This document shows positions 1-11,727 of a stretch of DNA of 64,000 nucleotides, one piece after another. This DNA comes from Oikopleura dioica (Eukaryota; Animalia; Chordata). The position numbers were made by a program, and so were the translations under genes. Under the pieces are notes generated by a model, which did not search any database, was not told the origin of the DNA, and was given only the letters and a program-made list of their open reading frames with translations. Location: positions 6,634,001 to 6,698,000 of the forward strand of contig OU015569.1 in assembly GCA_907165135.1 (NCBI GenBank), in the 5' to 3' direction. Position 1 is the stretch's first letter. The number at the start of each line of letters is the position of its first letter.

Positions 1-640
1 TCCTGGAAAAAGAGATTCTTAGGTCTCACTTACATGCCACGCACCAAAAACATCCAACAATAGACAAGCATACGAAGAAGTAATTACTGTGGTTATATTC
101 TTCGCAGCGCCTGACGAAAAGTCGTTCGAATGAAACAACCATCTTTTGGCAGCGGCTGTCCAATCCTTCCGCCTATTTTTTCAGATTAATAGGGTAAAAC
201 TTATTGGTACGTTACATTGTCAAGATGTTCTTGTTCACTTGTTAGACGTTGTTGGTCGTGTTTGAATGCGATTCTTGCCTCTTCTTCTTCGTCTGGAGCA
301 TATTTTTTGCTCATTTTGGTTTCAAGAAGACGCTCAAACTGCAGAATCCTCTCCCCTTGCTCACGAATCGATTTTTGAAATGCTGATCATATTTTATGAA
401 ATCGCGTGCATAAAAAATAAACCTGGTCCTTGGACGTGTTCGCAGAGTTGCTTCATGTTGCCCCATGACGCTCGTGCCCAGACGATAGGATACTATGCAA
501 TCATTGATATTCGTATCAATTTAGATTGAATGATTGTTACTTACTTGATTGAGAAACAGATCCGTCGCATTCCCGGTGAGACAGATCAAGGCAAACCAAA
601 CGATGTGTTCAAACTTTTTGAGCTTCTTGGTGATCTTCAT
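1..640 (-). CDS. Multi-exon protein of unknown function, runs off the window start
   Basis: Manual translation of minus-strand exons: MKITKKLKKFEHIVWFALICLTGNATDLFLNQ ending at a GTAAGT donor (~545); AFQKSIREQGERILQFERLLETKMSKKYAPDEEEARIAFK (~230-390); hydrophobic NYFFVCLSIVGCFWCV near 40-90. No family recognised. Confidence 0.45.
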
Positions 641-1569
641 CTAAATACAGAATATTCCAGTCTGAAAAACTCGTTTGGAAGATTATCTTTTCTTTAGTGA
701 AAAAGGTGTAACAGTCATAAAACTATCTCTAGTATAAGTCTCTGTCTTGCTACTAGGGTAAATTTCTGGGAAAAATCTGGAAAATTCGCAGCGCGGGGCC
801 CCAAAAAGGGAACACCGCGCGGAAAAGGGAAAAAGTCACTGCTGGCACCTGGGAGTCATCTCTCATTGCGGCCAAATTTTCAACCCATCGAATCAGCGGC
901 GGAAAACTGACGACGCCATCGGATGATATCCATTAGGAGAAGAGGAAACCATTCATTAGATGGAATTTTCGATAGTGACAAAATCGAAATCGCGACAGCG
1001 AGCAATTGATACTAGCGGAAATCATGACTTGAATAAGATGCAATCATAAAGCTATTATCATAAGTTCCTGAATCGGCGACGATTGCGATCTATTCAGGCG
1101 TTGAAAGCTCCGACTTCTCAATCGGAAACGTCGTTCGTGACCAGAAACTCATTTGGAATCGCTGCAGACATTTATCCTTTGTCTCCATATTATGTGGACC
1201 ATATATGGAATTTGTGAAATTTCAAGTCAATTGAAATCTGCCTCCTTGATTGAAAGGCAACCCGACGGAAAACGCGGCCCTTCTAGGATAAAATTACTTA
1301 AACGGAAAGCATAGAACCCAGTGCTCCAAGATAAATCTCATTTTAAAAACGTAAAGAATAAATTATAACAATCTTCCTAATCGGACTTTTGGAAACGATT
1401 TCCAGCAACTATTGGTTCCGTTCAAAAACCCATGCTTACTGGATTGAAGCCTATTTTTCAAAAATTTGGGCCCGTAAAAAATATAGCTTTTAGATAGTCT
1501 GAGTCAATAATGAAATGGTTTTGCAAATTTCATCACTACCGATAGACATGCGAGCTGCTCGATTTATAG

Positions 1570-2312
1570 ATCCTCAGAGCAATTCTCACGGCTACTCGCA
1601 AAAGAGACGCTAAAGAATCCAGTCGAGAGTTCGGGAAAATGGAGAGACCACAGAATCGACAAAGCGAAAGTTCAAATGAAGCTGCAAACTCACCATCGAA
1701 TCGGTTAGAATTATGTGTAATCGCTAATAAGTAGTCAAATTGATGCACTAAAATTACCAATAAAAAGAATGATCGTCTGATAATCAGACTCTGATTACTC
1801 TTCAATCGACGGCCTTTCCGAAATTTATCTATCATAAGCGTAAACTTGTTTTCATGGCGAGTTAAAATATATAGAAACATTATTTTAATTCCAACAGACT
1901 GTATTTTAGACCAGACAACGATCAGCTTTACTGGGCGAAGATTTTCGGCGGAGCTGCGCCTAGGCAAAGTTCAAACATTCTCGTTCATATTCTCAGCTAT
2001 TTTTCTTATCGCAGCTCAAATAAAAGTTTACGAAAGTTTGGCAAGATGACATTTGAAATGAACTTGGTATGAGCCACTCAAACAGTGGGCGAAAGAAGAG
2101 TATGAAGCGCGCAGATGAATTATCCCGCTCGGAGAAAAGGAAAGATTCGCTCACTTCTAATGACGTCGATGCGGTAAAATTGAGAAGCATCAATTCATTA
2201 CTTTTTCTTTCGATTTCAGCATACCAAGTGGCTTCTCTTACAAAATATCCAGAATCAAGGTGGATTCATCGAAAAAAGTGCTCAGCAGAATCCACACAGC
2301 AGCAAGACATGA
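1570..2312 (+). CDS. Probable short multi-exon hypothetical protein
   Basis: Open segments bounded by GT/AG, e.g. ...SLTSNDVDA|gtaaaa...tttcag|HTKWLLLQNIQNQGGFIEKSAQQNPHSSKT* (stop 2310-2312). The 5' end is unresolved and there is no recognisable homology. Confidence 0.3.
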
Positions 2313-2481
2313 ATCAGAATTGTACAATCCAACATTAAAACAAACTCATTCAAAAATATTTCTTTTCGCAATCAAATTCACTGTATTTTTCAATTGCAGG
2401 GTCTCGAATGAAGTAATATTATAAACAGATTGTTTTCAGTGCTTGACAACATTTTTAATTTCTTTAAAGAAAAAATTTGAA

Positions 2482-5400
2482 TCAGTTCTCCATGATTTCG
2501 ATTTTGAGAGGCTCAGGTTCTGTCCACGATGGTGAGTGATTGCTTGAAATCGTTCGCTGTGAGTTGATGTCATCGGAGATTGACTGAGATGAATTCGTCC
2601 CGTGCTCGTGCATTGTTTCTTCCGACCTGACGCTATTGCTCATGCTCAAGTCATTCGAAGAGGAGCAGCCTGGAGAATCAGCAGTCGGTATTTGCAGCAT
2701 AGTTGGAAACGACAGGCCTGAATTGTCAGATGTGAGAAAGGAAACAATCTAAGCTAGTCACCATTTTCCAGCGAGGGCAGCGAAGGAGTTGAAGAATGTT
2801 TCGAACGCTTGGAATCTTTAGGCTGCACTATTCCGTGGCGATTTGACATATGCGACTTGAGGTACTCGTTCCTAGACGAACAGTTATTTCTACGCAAGAA
2901 TTATCTGCTTACCGTGTGGCGGAGTAGTTGCAAAGAGCGCATTTGAATTTGCGTGCCTGCTCTGGAAAATGTAGAGCTTGATGACGAACGAGCTCAGCCT
3001 TTCTTCGATATTTTCGAACGTCGCCAAACATAGGACAAAAGTCACACGTATACTGGAAATTGTTCCAATCTGAGTCTCGCTAAAAATAAGTTAGATTTTA
3101 GATTACTTTCTTCAAATCATACTTTGCTCCATCTGCGAGCAGGAACACGTGTACAGAGTCGCCCGTCAGGAAGCTGAGCTTGCTCGGAACTTATTCGTCG
3201 ATTGTAAACACTTGGCCTGTTGTCGTAGGATCGCTGGACGAGTGTCGGCTGGCTCGCAGGTTGAGGACTTGCTCCTGTAGATGGCTGGCTAGGTTGAGTT
3301 CCTCCAAAGCCCCTGTTCAGCCGCTGTGATAGTGCGAGCTATCCAAGTTAAATGTTATTTTTTTTTATTTTTATTGGGCTTTTACCTGTGATAGAACAAA
3401 CTCTTGCAAATTTTGGCGAATGAGAAGGCGTCTCAGAAGTGCGTCTTGATTCTGCACATCAATCAATGGCTGTGATGGGTCAAGGAAACTTTGTTTGTGA
3501 TTGAACATTTTATGAAAGTCAGTTTGGTAAGCGAACATCTCAATCATTCTGGAACAGGGACACTTTTTAAAGAGCGCGTCTTTGTCATGTTGATGGCGCT
3601 GTTCCTGTCGCTCTATACATTATTTTGAAAAAAAATTCCACATACCTATAATTTTCCCCTGTCAGGTTATAAGTCAATGACGTCTCTACTCAGTTTTACT
3701 CATAAAATGAATGGAAACCCGGGTCAAGTATTGAAACTATTTGAACGAAGTATTAGGATGTAAACAGAAATAATATCTAATCACTTTCCTCCCAGAGCTA
3801 TTTTCAGAGGCGGTTTCAATTTCCTCTATTGCCATGGACGAAGGCGACTCAGTCGTCTGACAAGAGTCATCCTCTATATTCACATCCTTCGCGTCTTCCT
3901 TGATTTCAATGTTCTCTTTGCTTTCCTCTGGTTTTGACTCTTCTTTTATCTTTCGGGACTCTTCTATAGCTTTAATCACAAGTTGAGCTGTTTCTCTTTT
4001 TGGAGGAGGGAGTAATTCTAATAGATCTTCTCCAGAAATGCCTTCGCTGCATTTGTCTTTCAGTGAAACTTCAGATTGGAGTAGAAGCTCCATTGCGTGC
4101 CTGAGCTCTTCAAGGTCATTACATTTGCTATCTTCAGAAAGAAGATAGTGGAAAGGTGTCTAAAATAAAATTATTAGGATTATCATACATATAAAAATCA
4201 ACCATTTTATAAAAATTATTGATTTATACGAGTAGACTGGTTACTGTTCATTTTAGCTATTGATTTAAATTGAAAGAATTCAGAAAATGAGAAATATAAT
4301 ATTATCCTCGATAGGAAAACCTTATTGATTTTTTGAGGATAAAATTATAGTTTTGAAAATTATTTAGCCCCCGTCTAACTCCTCCGAGGAAAGCCCCTTT
4401 TGTTTCTTGGGTCTACTAGACTCTATCAAAGATTACCTGGTTCCGATTATTCTTAACATTAATATTGGCGTTCAATCCTTTCAGACAGGCAAGAGCAGAC
4501 CCCGGAGTCAAACTTCGACAAGCAAAGAAAACAGGTGGTGATCCGGTTCCATCCTTAAAATAATCGAAATACAATTAAGAGGACATTTACTAAGAATTGA
4601 CTGTTTTGGTTGGGGAAAAGTTACGATCTTCTCGAGGCTCGTTCAAGATGCAAGGAGGATAAATGTGTAATTAAGCATTCCTTTGGGCACACTAGGTGCT
4701 GTAAGGTGCTGGCTAGGCTAGTGCTTTTGGCCGTGGTGAAATAAACGGACGCGAAATGTGTGCATTGTGTTGCCTAGGCTTTTGTTTGATCGTAGTTACA
4801 AGGTACAAAGCCCGAGTCCCGGCTCAATCATTAACCTTAACTGCGAAGGGCTTCCTTTCACTGTGCGTATTTGCGCAAAAACAATCGCGCAAAGTCAATT
4901 TCAGGTGTGCCAGCTCGCGCCCCTCAACCTGTGCCTATTGCTTAAATTTCATCGATATTCCTTTCCGGATTGATTGGAGGCTGAGACCTATCGCTGCCTA
5001 GCAGCTAGAACTTTTTCCGTAATCAGTGGAAATATCCATCTATAGATGAGCCTACAAAAAAATCGGGGAAAGGGAGCGTTGGAACTCCTGTGCTGGTTTT
5101 AAAATTCTTAATCGAAGATTCCATGATAAAAAGCGATCTAAACTCACCTCCGCCGGAAGGTTAAAATCAGCTGCGTTCAAACCCAAAAGGATTGCCACAG
5201 CGTTGATGACTTCTTTTGGACAAACGGCAGCCATACCATGGACAACTGCTAGCCCTGCGTCGTTGAGTTCGTTGATAGACGCACGCTAAAGTTAAATTAT
5301 GTGAATACGTTTGATAAGTTGCATAGGAATATTCAAGTTTACTGTTTAGAATAGTGTATAGTATGCTCTGTATAATCATAATTATGAGAATTTGGTATAA

Positions 5401-5737
5401 GAAATGATGTAAACTCGAGTCAATTTTTCTGGAAAATATTTGGGATTGAAGCAGGAGCCTTCCGCTTTTGAGTTTCCAGTGTGATTTTCATTCGATTCGA
5501 GAATCTGGGTTCAGGATTTCCTAAGCTTTCTATACATGAAATAGGAGGACTGAAGTCAAACAAAGATGGAGTATGATATTCCCGTCTTTCTCTTTTGTCA
5601 AAATACCTGCATCGATAAAACTTCTCTATTATTTTAGAGGGCTTGAAATAACAATCCCTAGGGCTCACCTGAACATGTTTAGAAACGCTGACAACATCCC
5701 CACAGCAGACAGCATGGAAAAGCTCCGGTTGAGCCAT
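2482..5737 (-). CDS. Ankyrin-repeat protein with C-terminal C2H2 zinc fingers
   Basis: Exons join in frame. Ankyrin-like units: PELFHAVCCGDVVSV, INELNDAGLAVVHGMAA, DGTGSPPVFFAC, VKNNRNQ|TPFHYLL. An acidic linker is followed by C2H2 fingers YTCDFC...ELVRHQALH and FKCALCNYSATR|NEYLKSHMSNRH, then a Ser-rich tail (stop 2482). Middle exons at 4600-5000 are uncertain. Confidence 0.75.
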
Positions 5738-7385
5738 CTCCAGTTATTTCTTTAGCTTCTTCGGCAACGGAGTTTATCTGCAAAAGAAAAACTTAAACGT
5801 AAAGTAGTGAGTGTCGCCCCTTTTTTCTTTAATTTTTTCATGGCCGTAAACTTAAATAGGTTAAGCTAAGCCAAGGACGAATTTCATTCGGAGGCACGGA
5901 CCGTGAACCAGGATTTAATCACGACCGTTATTCACACTCGCGGACGCACGCGAAAAACTAACACTAAGGTTGCGTATTTACGAACAAGTATTACCAACAA
6001 GAGCTAAGCAAGCCGCTTCAAATGCATACCTGTTTTGATCAGATCTATTAAGATCAAAAAAACCTCCAAAAATCATTATTTTCTGAAAGAATTATCTGAC
6101 TGACGTTTCATAAAAAGGGAAAATTTATTTGACAAAACGTTTAATCACTTATTCAAACACCTAGTAGATCTTCTTTTTTAGTAAATTTTGGAATTCGACT
6201 TGAAGTTAAAAATGGCCGAAAATGTTAAGCAACTTACAATGGAGAAGGTTAATCTCTTAGTTTTGTTCCTGGCAGAAATATTCCTTAAAAAAAGACGTTT
6301 TAAGCGTTCTCGGCCGTGTTTTTGCCTCGAGCGTGTGAATTGGACGTCTCTTTGACTTGGCCGGTTCTAGTTTTTCGTAATAATGGTCTCGGTTGACATT
6401 GACTAAACTAAAGCCTGAATCGCCCTGGGCGAGTGCGGTCGCTCCTGGCCTAGGTGGCACAGGGTTAATATTTGCAGGTTTTGCGTTACCTACGAAAGGC
6501 GGCCCACCACACTACACCACACTTGACTTTTCGTAAAAAATTACGAACCTGCTTGGGCACACGCTGCCTAGACCCTTTTATTTGATATGGTACTCAGCCA
6601 GCAAGGCAAGTTTAGGCACACGGGCCACAAAACAAGCGCAACGCCAGAATTTGAAACTGAGAACACAAAATAATAATTGCCGAGACCTACGTCAAAATTA
6701 AATGTGTGCTCAATGCCATGATCATGCGACTGCATTCTCGCTTGACTATCAATTCACGAGCAACCATAAAATCAACATACGAGAAGACTAAAACCTTTTA
6801 CTTATCCGGAAGCAGTTCTCTCTTACATTTTTGTCTGCAACAGTGACAGACGTCCAATCTGGATGCCTTTGATAGCTAGTCGTCATCACATTCCTTGGGA
6901 CGATACTCTGCTAATGCTAATCGAACTAGACTGATAAATGAATCGTCCCTCAAATTGAGTACAAGCTTTTGCTAAATTTTGGAATAAAATGCCCTATTCG
7001 AATATTCTTTCAAAAGGTCGTTTTTACACCTGAGAACGGTTTCTATTGTTTCTATTCGTTATGAGAATTGAAAATAGTATTGGAGAACGGAGCAATTGGA
7101 ATCAAGGAAGAGAAAGCATATTTTTGGTTGTGATTTTATTTTTTTTGCTATAAAATTATAGGACACCTAATATAATAGTTTATCGATAATGTGAGTGTTT
7201 GATAATTATGATGACAGAAATAAATTCTTAGTAAAATTTGTACAGTAATCACAGTCAAAACATGTGTGAAGCAGAGAATTTAAATATTGATGTTAATTAA
7301 TTGAGCACACGGAATAATGTGACTATGACAGGGGCCGATTATCTTTACTGGTTTGGATAAATGAAAAAAGCCAGTGGATCTCTCC

Positions 7386-8828
7386 TCAAAGAGTAGGGGA
7401 AGCATTAGGGACGACAGCGTCATCGTTTTCTAAATATTAATTGCGGAACTGTTCTTTTTCCTTGATCAGTATTGTTCACTGAGTCAACACATTATTCCTA
7501 CCTGCTCCAGAGGCAAGAGAATCGCTTTCTGAGGGCTGACCAGGCTGGCCGAGAGCTTCCGGTGCAGACATGGAACTTGGTCCTTGGGGCACGCCGCCGC
7601 CGGCACCCATAGCTCCTACGTCAGATGGAGCCAGAGTAGGCACTATTCCCGCCGACTGAGTTGGAGCTGGTCCGAAACCTTGGCCATTCATCGCACCTTG
7701 GATTGCTTCTTTGTTATCCTGGTAATTATCTGAATAATTCTGTTAAGCGAAAAGCACGACACTTTGATCATCTGCGAACTCATGAATAGCTTATTGAATT
7801 GAAATGTCGGAATAATTGATTTGATTAATAAATAATCGATAATCAGGCAACTATCTGACAATGGAAAAGAAAGAGTGTACTTACACACTGCAACCCCAAT
7901 GACGATCAATGCTACGATTCCTAGAGCGATCATGTATTTCATATTCTCAAGCCAGAATTTATTCTTTAGCTTCGCCGCCTGCGTCTCGAATTGACTTGCT
8001 CCCTGGTGTAACGCGTCCGCACGATCGTCCATCATTGAAATTTTGGCGTCCCGCTCGAGTACTGCTTCCACGTTTGTCCTCATTATATCCACCACCTAAA
8101 AGATATTCCATAAAAAGCTTTTCATTAATTAGGAGTTAATCCTTAATGACTTATGATATTTACTACGTTTTCTTGGAAAATAATGAGATTTTTATGTTAT
8201 CAATGAGGAAATGATTGCTTGATTGGCGACATAACACCTTGACGAATCGGTAGAAGCTAGTAGCTAGCAAGCTATAAAGATGTTTCCTTCATTAGCCTTA
8301 TGGCGCTGTATCGACCAGCGATCGATTGCATCGCGCTTTATGCAGTCTCTCCTTCTCTTTCTCTTTTGCGCTTACTCTTCTGAGAAGAGTGCACTCTCCT
8401 GCTCTTTCCTTGCTCACTCTGTCTTTAAGCACGTACTGCTCTTAGCTCGGTTACACCTTCAATTTTACGATAACAAATGTTTATAAACTCTGCAAATAAT
8501 TTTGTAAGACGAGAAAGATTTCTTCGAAGCAATAAAAACGAGATTCTGGGAGTAATAATATTTCCTTCGTTCATTTTCTTGTTCTATTCTACTCAATATA
8601 AGATCGGATTACATTTTCTTAATTTTATATCTTTTCTATGTTGATCTTGTTAGAACATCAAAGTGCTTACCTCGTCGACTTGTGCTTTGGTTGCCTGCAT
8701 TTTTCTACTTGAACTCGGCGCTTGATTTGCATTGGTGCCATATGAGCTGAAGGAGACTTTAGTTGCATAACGCAAAGACAAACCCACGGTTGGTTCTCCT
8801 CGCCTTGGGAGAGAGGTTGATCCGACAT
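7386..8828 (-). CDS. VAMP: Synaptobrevin/VAMP R-SNARE (VAMP1/2/3-like) with optional long luminal tail
   Basis: Exons 8828-~8788, ~8746-8673, 8095-7885, 7729-7502 and 7429-7386. R-SNARE motif VDE|[44 protein letters not shown], then FWLENMK and [18 protein letters not shown]. Confidence 0.93.
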
Positions 8829-8889
8829 ATTTTTTTCGTGGGAAGAAGAAGGCCAGATGAGTCAAAGTCGTTGCAATTGAGGTTACTTA

Positions 8890-8924
8890 TCTCTCTCTAT
8901 GTTTGCCTCTCTCTCTCTCTCTTT
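8890..8924. repeat. (CT)n microsatellite upstream of VAMP
   Basis: ctctctct...ctctctctctctctct read directly from the sequence. Confidence 0.8.
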
Positions 8925-9499
8925 CTGATACAAGATACAGTGCTCGGCAGCGCGGGGAGAGTGCCCAAAGACACACTCCCTCGTCTTCGGAAAGGAGGAC
9001 TCTTCAGCGCCACCAATTGATCATCGATATTTCATTCCCGGTAGAAATGAGAAATCAACTTACACGCACACGCGCATATGCCCGCAGCTGACCGAAATGC
9101 AAAAAAAAACAGGCGGTACTCTGCAACTTAACCGCTTATTGTCATTAAAAGATTGTTACTAACAGGACGTTATATATCAAGTATATTAACGTCCCGAAAA
9201 GAGATGGGTAGGTGCTGAAATCACACGCGTGGAACTATTGATAAATGATATTCAGATGAGCCAGAGGTAGCGCTTTTCGTCAGTTCGTATATTTAGCCTT
9301 ATTACGTTCCGTTACTTAGCTACTTTTGGAAAGGGGCGACGAGACCTCAAATGTCACTTTCTTTCAAGATGAACATTTTTAATTGCGAAGATGAAATGAT
9401 CAGATATAAACATTATGAAAAATAGTAAAAAGAATTCTTTTAGTTTTTAAAATTTAAACAATTTCGTATGCTTTCTAAGGTTTACTACAAGAAATTAGA

Positions 9500-11727
9500 A
9501 GATGAAGTCGAAGGAGTTACTTTCTAGACATTCCAGAGTCAGATATTTAACAGATACGAAGCCTGCATTTGCTGAGGAAGTTATTGGGTAGAATTAAGTT
9601 CACATTACAGGTTACTTCGAAAATGGGTGAGCAGTTGCCACGTGCCGTGTCACCGAGTTGTAAAACTTCGCAATTTTACTTTCAAGTTGCCCCTGCGGCC
9701 AGGGGCAGCTGCCTCCAGCTGATTGACGAGGGGATGAACTACTACCTTTAAAAGAAGCGAATGGCCTACTCACTCCCTTCAGGCCAGTCATAGCATTTTA
9801 ATTAGCATCATCAGCAAGTAAATTTTCTAAAGAGAGTCAAGAGAAGCTAGTTATGACACAGCCACAAAATTGGCTTGTTGGGATGATCAAATTCAAGCAC
9901 CCTTTTGAACTTGACCTTTTGTCGCAAAGTTCAGTTTTTTAACAAGATTCCGTTCATCCTCACAACAGTATCGAATGTTTCAAAATCCGGGCGAAACCCG
10001 ACAAGATAGAAAATTCAAAGTGAAACCAGTAAGCAAAAGTCTCGACGAGAAACTTGGATTCTTCAAACAGACAATCGAGGAGCAGCGGCGCAGGGAACTT
10101 GCAGTCACACCCAATAGAGAACGTAAAAATGCGGCCAGGTAATTGTGTATGGAATGTTTAAAATGAGCGGAAGCAGCACAAATGCTCCTTTTATCACTTA
10201 GCTGTGGATCGAAAAGGACCGCGCGAGTATGATTGACTTTGCTAAGTTCTTCCATGTTTTCTAATCCACCAGAAAATGGAATTCTTTATTCACCACTTGT
10301 CTTCAAAGCGAAATTCTTTTTTCGGAGAATTTTTAAAAAGTTAGCAGCTTAATAATGTACACGTTAGAAATACGTTTACCACCTGTTAGAAGCTTATCAC
10401 AACGAGTCATTTATGTACTATGTAGTCACGTGTGTAATAAACTCTTCTAGAGCGCTATCGACGGACTTTGGACAACGCGCAACAAATTCTACCCACTTTA
10501 CTCATGGTACAAGGACTCAAATGGTCATTCCCAAGTTGGATAATCTGAGGCAATTATCTGAAGTTGTAAGACGAAGTTAACTCCGATTAAGATCAACGAA
10601 AATGAGTCCCATCAGTCAAACGCTGAGGAACAGTGCTCATGACTCCTGGAATTCGGAAAACGAAGGTAATATCTCTCCGCCTGAGCGACGAGAAGTCCGA
10701 CGTAATAGAACTCGTAGAGGCTGCCAGGTAACTGCTTTCGTTTCAGAGGAGAAAGCAATAACTGTTTGCAGAAAACATTTGTCATAACTCGACAATCAAA
10801 TGAAGGAGATATTTTTGACATCGAAGACGTCCTCACACCGAAGAATACAAGAGCTACCGTTGAACGCGAAGTCGTAACTCCGAGATGCAGATCAAAAAGT
10901 CGCGAGCGGCGAATTTCTAGTGCCAAACTCTATAATGGTAGGGCCACGGATTTTGTTTGAGATTTTAATGTTTTTTTTAGATGCGAAGCAAGCGAGTTCG
11001 CATGAGAAGGAGACAGAGCTTACGAAGAAAGTTTCTTCCCCAAAAGGTGATTCGATGAAAAAAAATAGAGTCGTAGTTTTCCGTTCATAATACTCCACCC
11101 TCCGTAAATGATCGAGCTGCAGATGTTCGACGCGTTTCCATCACGTGACGAACGACTCGCGCATCAAATACTCTCATTTACGTCAAGATAAGAAATTGTC
11201 AGATTATACTCATACTCGATTTCCATTCCATCTTGGAAGTCGGCGTTACATTAAGTTAATCTTTTGCTGTCTAGTCACTGGCGAAAGTAACAAGAAAAAG
11301 CGAGACGCTTCCAAGACAACGCTTGCTGAAAGCTTTAAGAACTCTATTAAAGCGCAACTAGCTTCTCTGAAGGTTAGCAGATTGAATAGGACTTTTGCGA
11401 TATTCCGAAGAATGAATGATTAAAGTATGTTTCTAGTCACGAGCATCGCAGAGTCGTCCGAAGATGAAAGGTCGCTAACTCGAAACGACATTTTCAAAAA
11501 TATTGAAACCCATTTTCTTAACAAAAATTAATAAACTCCAAGGTGAAAATACCCCTTTCAAGGCAGCGCAGCTACTTGCGTTCCGAAAAAAATATTTCGA
11601 GCCGAGAGGGCTTTATAAATCCTCACATGGCCGGGCGCAGGTCACTTTTTCAGAAAACTTCATTCTGAATCAAAGAGAAATCGCCTTTTTTGGAATAAAG
11701 CTCGACGATCAAAATGGAAGGAAATGA
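9500..11727 (+). CDS. Probable multi-exon, basic/low-complexity hypothetical protein (possibly more than one gene)
   Basis: Phase-compatible exons: DAKQASSHEKETELTKKVSSPK, VTGESNKKKRDASKTTLAESFKNSIKAQLASLK, SRASQSRPKMK, GENTPFKAAQLLAFRKKYFEPRGLYKSSHGRAQ, LDDQNGRK*. Upstream exons at 9500-10930 could not be joined unambiguously. Confidence 0.35.

Noticed and set aside
5800-7330. Possible gene or decayed transposon between the ankyrin gene and VAMP
   Set aside because: Only short ORF fragments (e.g. MAENVKQLTMEK at 6212); no TIR/TSD pair or transposase motif.
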